Below are positions 57,335 to 64,000 of a DNA stretch of 64,000 nt, piece after piece. Position numbers and translations under genes: made by a program. The notes below the pieces were generated by a model that saw only the letters and a program-made list of their open reading frames with translations, had not been told where the DNA came from and searched no databases. Numbering within the stretch: position 1 is the first letter of the stretch; each line of letters begins with the position of its first letter. Origin of the DNA: a virus (Duplodnaviria > Caudoviricetes); the IMG/VR virus record IMGVR_UViG_3300033069_001639, positions 3,418 through 67,417 of that record. One strand, given 5' to 3'.

Positions 57335-57784
57335 CTATTGTCCTTTATTGAACTGCTCCGCGTATTCCGGCGTGAATGGCAATGGTTCTGCTGGGATCTC
57401 CTGCCCCGGCTGCGGCTTTGTCAGATCCTTGCTGAGCTGGTCGTGAAGGAAATCCATAAATGGCGGCGTGGCTGCGTCGGGCTCAGACTTGAACGGCCAC
57501 TTCAGGGTGTCGCCTTCGAAATAGAATGGAATCTCATCATGGTAGTGATCGCCAAACCGCACGCTGGGTGAAAACTTTGCGACATATACCATCCATTCCT
57601 TTCCCCCACTGGTATGTCCTTTGTAAACGCCGGCTTCTGACCAGTCGGCGATCTGCCAGTGTGAGTTTGTTGCGTTTTGCTTTACCCATTGGCGGGCTGT
57701 GTTTCGCCGAGATGAGGCCGGCGATTGAACGGAGCAGCCAGCGGCGGAAGCCAAAAAGGCCAGTAGCAACATGAGCCGGATCAT
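57335..57784 (-). CDS. Lipoprotein
   Basis: Lipobox AAGC. Confidence 0.65.
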   Translation of the reverse strand: MIRLMLLLAFLASAAGCSVQSPASSRRNTARQWVKQNATNSHWQIADWSEAGVYKGHTSGGKEWMVYVAKFSPSVRFGDHYHDEIPFYFEGDTLKWPFKSEPDAATPPFMDFLHDQLSKDLTKPQPGQEIPAEPLPFTPEYAEQFNKGQ

Positions 57785-58170
57785 TTCTTTGCTCGCTTTC
57801 GCTTCCGAACAACCGTTTCACCCTGGTCTGTGCCAGGCGGCAATTCATCGTCTTTCTGCGAGGATGCCGCAGAGTCCTTAATGCGAAAAATTTTGCGGTT
57901 AAGCTCAGCGGTGGCGCCGGCGATTTCGCCCACGCTTTGTGCGGCGATTCTATTGCAATAGCCTTCGCTGATATTGCCGAAAAACTTGCAAACCTTGCCG
58001 AGCCCTTCCATCCCCGTGATGAGGCCAAGGGCCTCAATTGAATCCGCTTTTTCGCTGTCGAGCGCAGCAACAACGCGGTCGTATTCCGCAGCGATCGCAC
58101 GTAGGCCATCTGCCATTCCGCGAAGCGCGGCAATCGGCACGACTTTCTTGTTGTCTGGATATCTGGTCAT
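57781..58170 (-). CDS. Hypothetical protein (first gene of the leftward lysogeny operon)
   Basis: Helical; next to a divergent AT-rich intergenic region. Confidence 0.55.
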   Translation of the reverse strand: MTRYPDNKKVVPIAALRGMADGLRAIAAEYDRVVAALDSEKADSIEALGLITGMEGLGKVCKFFGNISEGYCNRIAAQSVGEIAGATAELNRKIFRIKDSAASSQKDDELPPGTDQGETVVRKRKRAKK

Positions 58171-58185
58171 CCCAGAAGGGTACAC

Positions 58186-58449
58186 AGGTGTCGAAAAAAA
58201 TCAATAAGTCCTTTCTGTAACACGGGTTACGCAGCCATGTAATGTCAAATGTCTGTACTGCAACAGGAAATCTTTTGCACAAATCTTGGAATGCTCTTGT
58301 ATTTGAATCATTTGTTTCTATGATTGAACCGAGTTGATTCACATGGATGAACGCACCGGAAGCACACGCCACACAGGATGCCGCTAGGAAGCATCCACAA
58401 ACCCGGAGCGTTAGTCGTGATCGCAAATGTTAAAGGGATGTTGTTCGTC
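58186..58449. promoter_or_regulatory. Divergent AT-rich control region (lysis/lysogeny switch candidate)
   Basis: Transcription diverges here; AATCAT-N8-ATGATT palindrome. Confidence 0.45.
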
Positions 58450-58758
58450 ATGGACAGTGAACCAAAAGGCGCGGTGAAGCGACGGCTCGAAGAACTCGAC
58501 GCCGCTAACAAATGCGTCAGTTGCGAAATTCAATGCTCGCCCGGCAGCGAGGCTCCTGACGGACGTTGCAAGGGTCTCTGCCTTCGAAAGCGCGGCTGCT
58601 ACCACAAATACGATGCTCAGCGCCGCAGCATGAACGAAGAGCAGCGGGCGGCATATGACGCCAAATTGCAAAAGGCTGGGAAACTCCTCGAGCCGGATCC
58701 CGGTCGCAAGCCGGACGATTCCGAATTCGCGGCGATCGCCGAAGAGGTGAAGTCGTGA
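58450..58758 (+). CDS. Putative zinc-finger early protein
   Basis: CVSC...C..LC...C. Confidence 0.55.
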   Translation: MDSEPKGAVKRRLEELDAANKCVSCEIQCSPGSEAPDGRCKGLCLRKRGCYHKYDAQRRSMNEEQRAAYDAKLQKAGKLLEPDPGRKPDDSEFAAIAEEVKS

Positions 58759-58931
58759 CCGCCAAGCCCAAAACAAAACCGAAGGAGAAGAAGCGAAAGC
58801 CGCGCTCGCCGCCGGATCCGGATGACTTCCCGCTCAAAACGGCCGGTGAGTTCACGGATCAGCACGTGAAGGTGATCGCTCAATTGTTGGTGGATTTGGA
58901 AGACAAGCCGGCGCGAACGCCCGGCAAATAA
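58755..58931 (+). CDS. Small hypothetical protein
   Basis: GTGA overlap; SD GAGG. Confidence 0.45.
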   Translation: MTAKPKTKPKEKKRKPRSPPDPDDFPLKTAGEFTDQHVKVIAQLLVDLEDKPARTPGK

Positions 58932-58949
58932 CACACGGACCCCTGCCCA

Positions 58950-59078
58950 ATGCTCTCAATCCGCCCAGACGGCGTCTACCTGATCTTCCCGCTTGGCGAA
59001 GAGGCAGGACCGTTTGACTCGATTGACGACGCACGGGCGTTTTTGGATTACCTCGAATTGCGAAACACGGTTGGTTGA
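58950..59078 (+). CDS. Microprotein (42 aa)
   Basis: MLSIRPDGVYL...GPFDSIDDARAFL. Confidence 0.4.
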   Translation: MLSIRPDGVYLIFPLGEEAGPFDSIDDARAFLDYLELRNTVG

Positions 59079-59162
59079 TCGAAGGGATTGCCGGTCAAGG
59101 TCGGCTAGATGGCATGGAAACGGATGGACCTTGGCCACTTTTTGAAACAACGGAAACCTGCT

Positions 59163-59738
59163 ATGGCGAACTTTTTCAAAATCAACTCTGGCGAGCATAT
59201 CAACCGCGACCTAGTGATCTCCGCGCAGTGCATGGCTCACGGCGACGAGTTTCGCGTTGTGTATCGCTTTAGCCCGAATGGCATGGCAATCAGCCTGCAC
59301 GCGACCGAAGCGGAGGCGATGAAGGAACTGCAGACGTTTTTGCGGGGCCCGCGGCCGCGATCATTTGTCGAGCAGGAGCTGCAAGTCACCGGCGACGTTC
59401 GCGGCCAGGTCGTTCGGGAAGTCGATGGCTGGCGACAAATCGAGCTAGTTGTGCCGCTGCCTGACGATGCGATCTACCTGGTCGCCTATCTGCGGATGGA
59501 TGGCGTGAAGTTGTTGGAGTGGACGACTACGGCGCCGGATTGTTTTCAGACTCCGGAAACTCCTTCTCCAGAATCGCCGCAATCATCTGGCTCAGAAACA
59601 TGCCAACAGGCGGGATCGTGCCAGGGGACATGCCAACAGCAGTCCGGTACAGCTGAAGAATCGCAGTCGGGTTCGTCCCAATCAGCGACCGAAGTTGCGC
59701 CTCACGTTCGTCACGAGTCACTGCAGGATCTCCTCTAA
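59163..59738 (+). CDS. Hypothetical protein whose C-terminus overlaps an antisense gene
   Basis: Globular N-terminal ~125 aa; Ser/Gln-rich shadow-like tail. Confidence 0.55.
   Translation: MANFFKINSGEHINRDLVISAQCMAHGDEFRVVYRFSPNGMAISLHATEAEAMKELQTFLRGPRPRSFVEQELQVTGDVRGQVVREVDGWRQIELVVPLPDDAIYLVAYLRMDGVKLLEWTTTAPDCFQTPETPSPESPQSSGSETCQQAGSCQGTCQQQSGTAEESQSGSSQSATEVAPHVRHESLQDLL
59527..59721 (-). CDS. Small helical protein nested antisense
   Basis: SD GAGGAG 8 nt before GTG; protein-like composition. Confidence 0.6.
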   Translation of the reverse strand: MTRDEREAQLRSLIGTNPTAILQLYRTAVGMSPGTIPPVGMFLSQMIAAILEKEFPESENNPAP

Positions 59739-59792
59739 GTTTGGATGGCCGAAACGTCCTGATTTTCGCGAGTCACGGAAGAAAAGCAAACC

Positions 59793-60215
59793 ATGTTCAC
59801 CCTACCTGCCGCACTGATGGTCGATGAGTTCGCCGGCACATCCGCCGTTGAACTCAAGGCCGCGATTGATGCCGCGCTCGCTGAGTTGCCGCTTCGTCGC
59901 AATGGCGAAGTCTGCATGGCTGTGGCCAAAAAGGAATTCGCCGATGCCGCGAGCACGCTCGATCAATACAGCGGCGCCGAGATGGTCCTGAGGCGGCTCG
60001 CGTTCCTCCTCGGCGAAACGATCAAACACGGCGGAACCGGGAAGGCTGTCGCGCCGGTGACTGGCACTGATTACGAGTTGCCCGAGATGCCGAAGCGGCC
60101 GGTTCATTCAAGCCCGGTTGCTCGCGCGATGTCGGAGTTGGCGGAAGACGCGAAGAACGAGCCACAACTCGCTTCGTCGGGTTCCGGTGAACGTCGGGCG
60201 CGGAAACGAGCATAG
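59793..60215 (+). CDS. Hypothetical protein
   Basis: ORF with host-like codon use. Confidence 0.55.
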   Translation: MFTLPAALMVDEFAGTSAVELKAAIDAALAELPLRRNGEVCMAVAKKEFADAASTLDQYSGAEMVLRRLAFLLGETIKHGGTGKAVAPVTGTDYELPEMPKRPVHSSPVARAMSELAEDAKNEPQLASSGSGERRARKRA

Positions 60216-60289
60216 GTATTCCACTCCTCGGGCGGTGCGGATGGCAGGGCCAATCCGCTCGGGGGTGTGGTTTTTCAGGGACGGCAGAA

Positions 60290-60499
60290 ATGGATGGAAT
60301 CACCTTCGACTTACCGACCTGGGCGGCGAACAACTTGCCGATCGTGAAGCCGATCACGTTTCACGATCCGAAGAAAAACGAAGCGTTTTGGTTGGCGATA
60401 CATGCCGCGCTACGTGCGAAGCGAGCGCGGTTTGTGACGGTTGATTGCGGGTTGGAGAAAGCGGGGCTGAGGCAGGTGAAGGCGGCGAAATACGACTGA
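60290..60499 (+). CDS. Hypothetical protein
   Basis: Small ORF. Confidence 0.45.
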   Translation: MDGITFDLPTWAANNLPIVKPITFHDPKKNEAFWLAIHAALRAKRARFVTVDCGLEKAGLRQVKAAKYD

Positions 60500-60697
60500 T
60501 GATTCCAGCCCGTTACCACTACCGACTACTGCGAACCGGGCGATCGGCCTGGGCTGGTCATGGTGGCGGCGGATGTGGCAGTGCTGGCGGGTACGTTCCT
60601 GAACTGCTGCCGGTGGCTGGTGACGAAAAACGCGACGGTTGGAAAGCACATGGGAAATCGCGACCAGGAAGAAAGCACAGCAGCTATGGTTAGCGAC

Positions 60698-60877
60698 CTC
60701 ATCCAATCAACCGATTGTCGCGTGAACTTTATAGGAACCTGCTTGCCGAGAGCAGTGATGTCGAACCGGAGACGGAGAGTTCAAGGTTGTGGAAGTCAAA
60801 AGCCCAAATCCTTGCTCGTAGATGTTGTGGATGGGGAGGCAATGGCAAACCGCCGCGGCTGTGCACGAGCTGCGGCG
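60698..60877 (+). ncRNA. Candidate structured ncRNA 1, upstream of tRNA-fMet
   Basis: Nested stems CATCCA/TGGATG and TGAACTT/GAGTTCA, a GAGA tetraloop, and a 10-bp hairpin at 60851-60877. Confidence 0.4.
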
Positions 60878-60882
60878 AACAA

Positions 60883-60955
60883 TGCGGGGTGGAGCAGTTG
60901 GTAGCTCGCTGGGCTCATAACCCGGAGGTCGCTGGTTCGAGTCCAGCCCCCGCTA
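60883..60955 (+). tRNA. trnM: tRNA-fMet (CAT), initiator type
   Basis: Cloverleaf, 1:72 mismatch, GGG/CCC anticodon stem, GTTCGAG T-loop; no encoded CCA. Confidence 0.95.
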
Positions 60956-60957
60956 TT

Positions 60958-61089
60958 TGGTTCGACGGCTGTGAAAACAGCGCCACTACAACAAGCTGCT
61001 CGCGTAACGATCGCGATGTTACTCGACGTGGTGAGTCGCCCTCGAAAGATCGCAACTTTGGGGCCGACTTGTTCGACTCCGCCGGACCA
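60958..61089 (+). ncRNA. Candidate structured ncRNA 2, between the tRNAs
   Basis: 10/11-bp closing stem and three internal helices, GAAA tetraloop, TTCGACT T-loop-like motif. Confidence 0.5.
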
Positions 61090-61092
61090 TAC

Positions 61093-61166
61093 GACGCGTG
61101 TAGCTCACTAGGCAGAGCGTCTGATTCCAAATCAGAAGGAAGTCGGTTCAAAACCGACCCGCGTCG
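61093..61166 (+). tRNA. trnW: tRNA-Trp (CCA)
   Basis: TCTGA-TTCCAAA-TCAGA arm, GTCGG-TTCAAAA-CCGAC arm, G73 discriminator, one acceptor mismatch (T7:C). Confidence 0.9.
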
Positions 61167-61203
61167 CTGAAATTTGACGGACCAACATTTCATGAGGGAT
61201 CTC

Positions 61204-61413
61204 ATGCCTGCCATCTGCTTTACCGCCGAACTGCCATACAGAAACGGGCCTGCTGTGACCACATTCGAAACCGAGCTCGGTGCGAAAACAGCGGCGCGGC
61301 TGACCGGCGGGCGATACCTCGGCCCGATGTCCGTGGAAGTCGAGCCGGTTCAACTCGAGTTCAAGGGCAATCCGTTTTGGCGCCGGCACTATGAGCGAGG
61401 GCATGCCGCATGA
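61204..61413 (+). CDS. Hypothetical protein
   Basis: SD GAGGGA; coupled to rimI. Confidence 0.5.
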   Translation: MPAICFTAELPYRNGPAVTTFETELGAKTAARLTGGRYLGPMSVEVEPVQLEFKGNPFWRRHYERGHAA

Positions 61414-61895
61414 ATACGTTTGCCAAACTCACCGCCGGCCAAATTCATATCCGCTGGACAATCCGCCGCGATATGCCGGAAGTGCTCGCGATCGAAGATG
61501 CCTGCTTTCCGTTTCCGTGGAGCGAAGAAGATTTCATTCGCGTCATGCGGCAGCGCAACAACATCGGCATGGTTGCGGAAGTCAGCGAACGCGTTGCCGG
61601 TTCGATGCTTTACGAATTGCACCGCAATCGGATACATGTTCTCAACTTTGCCGTTCACCCCGAATTTCAGCGCCGCGGCGTCGGTACGGCGATGGTTGCC
61701 AAGCTGATCAGCAAACTCAGCCCCTCGCGCCGCAATCGGATCATGCTCGAAGTTCGCGAGGGCAATCTAGCGGCGCAGTTGTTCTTCAAGTCGCAGGGCT
61801 TCCGCGCCGTCTCGCTGCTGCGGGATTTCTATGAGGACACGACCGAAGACGCCTATTTGATGCAGTATCGCTGCACTGCGCAGGTGCCCGCATGA
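61410..61895 (+). CDS. rimI: RimI-like GNAT acetyltransferase
   Basis: IRW.IRRDMPEVLAIE...FPWSEEDF, LNFAVHPEFQRRGVG, LEVRE.N..AQLFF...YEDT.EDAYLM. Confidence 0.9.
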   Translation: MNTFAKLTAGQIHIRWTIRRDMPEVLAIEDACFPFPWSEEDFIRVMRQRNNIGMVAEVSERVAGSMLYELHRNRIHVLNFAVHPEFQRRGVGTAMVAKLISKLSPSRRNRIMLEVREGNLAAQLFFKSQGFRAVSLLRDFYEDTTEDAYLMQYRCTAQVPA

Positions 61896-62152
61896 AGATC
61901 TGGAAATACGAACTGCGTGTTGATGATCGTTTGACCGTCATCATGCCGCGCGGCGCTCGAATTCTTTCCGTCGGCGTGCAGGGCAAAACGATTTGCTTGT
62001 GGGCGATGGTGAATCCGGAAACAGCCGAGCAGGAACTACGAATCATTGCGATCTACGGAACCGGCAACCCGCTTCCCGAGGATCCCGGCACGTTCATCGG
62101 CACCGTACAGACGCCACCGTTTGTTTGGCACGTATTCGAGGTGCCCGCATGA
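61892..62152 (+). CDS. Conserved phage hypothetical protein
   Basis: KIWKY.L...MPRGA.ILSV..Q....LWA.V...GTG...IGTVQ...VWHVFE. Confidence 0.75.
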   Translation: MKIWKYELRVDDRLTVIMPRGARILSVGVQGKTICLWAMVNPETAEQELRIIAIYGTGNPLPEDPGTFIGTVQTPPFVWHVFEVPA

Positions 62153-62316
62153 GCCATTACGACACCGCCGATCGTCTGACCGCTCGCGTCATTCGTGAAT
62201 CCAGAATCGAGGATGACGAAGGCGAATTGGAAATCGAGCGCGACGAACCGGAAGAGGACGAACCATCGTACGAGCCGGTTGATTGGGAGTTTTTCCAACC
62301 TGGGGGCGAGGGCTGA
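62149..62316 (+). CDS. Small acidic protein
   Basis: ATGA overlap. Confidence 0.5.
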   Translation: MSHYDTADRLTARVIRESRIEDDEGELEIERDEPEEDEPSYEPVDWEFFQPGGEG

Positions 62317-62319
62317 AAC

Positions 62320-62559
62320 ATGAGCCAGAAAGCGCAGGCGCACGGCGCCAACGATCTGCCGGTAGCAGTTGCGCCCTCGCGCGAAGCCGCCTGGGTTCAC
62401 TGCCCGCCGTGCAATCGTACCTGGATGGCGTTCAAGCTGCCGTGCGGATTGGGCCTGGCCGTGAAGCTGATGCGAGCGACATTTTGCCCGCACTGCCACG
62501 GCCGCAAGCAGATCGTTGTTGCCACCGAAGAGCAGATCGAAGCGGCGGAAACCAAATGA
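62320..62559 (+). CDS. Zinc-ribbon protein
   Basis: CPPC...CPHC. Confidence 0.6.
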   Translation: MSQKAQAHGANDLPVAVAPSREAAWVHCPPCNRTWMAFKLPCGLGLAVKLMRATFCPHCHGRKQIVVATEEQIEAAETK

Positions 62560-62717
62560 CCTGCAACCACATCGATCCGTCGAAATGGAGTCACCGCATC
62601 GAGAGCGGTCAGAAGAAAGCGTTTTGCATGGGGTGCGGAAAATTCATGGGATATGTGCATCAGGAAACGAAGCCGGCCAAGCCGGAGAAAGTGAAGTCGA
62701 AAAATGCCCACGTATAG
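62556..62717 (+). CDS. Small Cys/His protein
   Basis: CNH...CMGCGKFMGY; ATGA overlap. Confidence 0.55.
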   Translation: MTCNHIDPSKWSHRIESGQKKAFCMGCGKFMGYVHQETKPAKPEKVKSKNAHV

Positions 62718-63483
62718 AAAGGCCTCGGCCGAAGTAAATCAGATCGTCGAGGAGATGGTTGAAAAGTTCCACGGTCCGCTGCGTGATGCCGGCGTTCAAA
62801 TCGAATGCCTGTTCGCCTACGCGTTGACCGACGACAACGGCGATTCGACCGGGCCGGCGCTGAAGCTCGGCGGCTATCCCTGCAATGCAGTTGTCCGCGT
62901 GTTGAATCTCAAAGATCGGACCGTCGGGCGCGGCGATGCCGAGATCGTTATCGACGGCGATCAGTGGGACACTTGGGACGATGAACAGAAACGGGCCCTG
63001 ATTGATCACGAGATCGAACATCTCGAACTGAAGACGGATGACGACGGTGTTATCCGCGACGACCTCGGCCGGCCGAAGCTGCGCCTGCGAAAGCATGACC
63101 ATCAATTCGGCTGGTTCGATTCGATCGCCCGCCGGCATGGCGCCGCGTCGTTCGAAGTGCAGCAGTTTGCCGGCATTGTGAAGCGCCGGATTCAGGCTTG
63201 GCTGCCTGGCTTCGATATGGCCGCGACGGATGCGCCGGAGGTTTATGACCCGGAAGCGGAGAAGGATTTAAACAGCGATTTGCGGGCGACGGTTGAAGGA
63301 GCACTCGACGACGCCGGAATCTTGGCGAAGCGGTCCAGCGGCGGCATCGACTCGGTCACGTTCACTGCGAAATATCCGGGCCGAGAAACCAAGTCGGTCA
63401 CGATGACCTCGAAGCAGCTCGGCAAGGTCGCGAAGGCGGCGAAGTCCGGCAAGGGCCGGAAGCTCGCGGCGTCAACAAGATAG
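62704..63483 (+). CDS. Phage putative metallopeptidase (paralog of 32827)
   Basis: IDHEIEH (HExxH), RKHDHQFGWF. Confidence 0.8.
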   Translation: MPTYRKASAEVNQIVEEMVEKFHGPLRDAGVQIECLFAYALTDDNGDSTGPALKLGGYPCNAVVRVLNLKDRTVGRGDAEIVIDGDQWDTWDDEQKRALIDHEIEHLELKTDDDGVIRDDLGRPKLRLRKHDHQFGWFDSIARRHGAASFEVQQFAGIVKRRIQAWLPGFDMAATDAPEVYDPEAEKDLNSDLRATVEGALDDAGILAKRSSGGIDSVTFTAKYPGRETKSVTMTSKQLGKVAKAAKSGKGRKLAASTR

Positions 63484-63532
63484 ATCAAGTTCGTACCCCC
63501 GCGGCTTTAGAGTGTCGCGAGGGTTATTCAGG

Positions 63533-63569
63533 CCGGGCGGTGAGTGTTGTGGCTTGCCGCCCGGTTTTT
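63533..63569 (+). terminator. Rho-independent terminator
   Basis: CCGGGCGG/CCGCCCGG followed by TTTTT. Confidence 0.65.
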
Positions 63570-63596
63570 GAAACAAAGGTTAGGAGATTGCTTTTC

Positions 63597-63911
63597 ATGG
63601 TAGCGCAAGGCAAGATGGCGGATTCTCCAAACAGGGTCCGCATGGGTAATCCGCAAAAAGAACTGACGAAGCGCGAGGCCAAAAGCCTTGGCGAAGTCGG
63701 CGCGTTTGCGCTCCACTTAGCGGCCCTTCTCAAAGAACGCGGCTGGTCGCATGACGATCTAGCGGAGCGGTGCAAGGCGGCGAAGCTCGACATTAAAGAG
63801 CACGCCATTCGCGCTTGGCTTCGCGGTGAAAACATGCCGAAGTCGCATCATCTTCGCCCGCTCGCTGGCGTTCTCGGACTGAAAGACAAGCGGCACATTC
63901 TGCCCGAATAA
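63597..63911 (+). CDS. XRE/Cro-like HTH regulator
   Basis: LLKERGWSHDDLAER...IRAWLRGENMP...LAGVLG; SD AGGAG. Confidence 0.8.
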   Translation: MVAQGKMADSPNRVRMGNPQKELTKREAKSLGEVGAFALHLAALLKERGWSHDDLAERCKAAKLDIKEHAIRAWLRGENMPKSHHLRPLAGVLGLKDKRHILPE

Positions 63912-63914
63912 ATA

Positions 63915-63968
63915 ATCGTAGGAATTTTCTACGATTGCTATTGACCGTTCGTAGGAATTTCCTACAAT
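63915..63968 (+). promoter_or_regulatory. Two palindromic operators overlapping a promoter
   Basis: GTAGGAATTTTCTAC and GTAGGAATTTCCTAC; TTGACC-16 nt-TACAAT. Confidence 0.7.
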
Positions 63969-64000
63969 CGGGTGCAGTGACGAGACGATAAGTAGCCGGG

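Noticed and set aside
60499-60904. Competing ORFs 60445-60693 and 60560-60904
   Set aside because: Neither looks protein-like, and the second runs through the structured RNA into the tRNA
60958-61089. Possible tmRNA or third tRNA (GGTTCGACGG and GTTCGACTCC resemble their ends)
   Set aside because: Too short for tmRNA, no tag reading frame and no complete T-stem or cloverleaf; kept only as an unknown ncRNA
1-64000. CRISPR array, DGR/retron, group I/II intron or intein
   Set aside because: No regularly spaced repeats, no reverse transcriptase, no TR/VR pair, and no intein motifs in the terminase or helicase seen by eye

Overview
The window looks like a near-complete, circularly permuted genome (~60% GC) of a temperate tailed phage in its excised (attP) form. 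The host is inferred to be a planctomycete, based on a planctomycete-style RimI, an NPYESP-type membrane protein and planctomycete-style secreted and c-type heme proteins. Modules in order: (1) recombination, DNA modification and replication (0.07-15.1 kb); (2) an IS1595-family element with passenger genes (15.35-17.22 kb); (3) in the usual lysis slot, a cassette with a metacaspase, two secreted CxxCH proteins and a C39-like peptidase, with no recognisable endolysin (17.5-23.2 kb); (4) virion-accessory genes, terminase, a portal-InPase fusion, an inverted HNH cassette and a Mu-like head-tail operon with a -1 frameshifted tail chaperone (24.3-54.1 kb); (5) a serine integrase with a candidate attP inside its 3' end, plus lipoproteins (54.2-58.2 kb); (6) early genes, two tRNAs interleaved with two structured ncRNA candidates, RimI and an XRE regulator with operators (58.4-64 kb). 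The main leads are the caspase/cytochrome cassette, the tRNA-linked ncRNAs, a GCGGGCC(A) hairpin motif 21-27 nt upstream of structural-gene starts, and the intragenic attP. All family assignments come from motif recognition by eye; no database searches were run.
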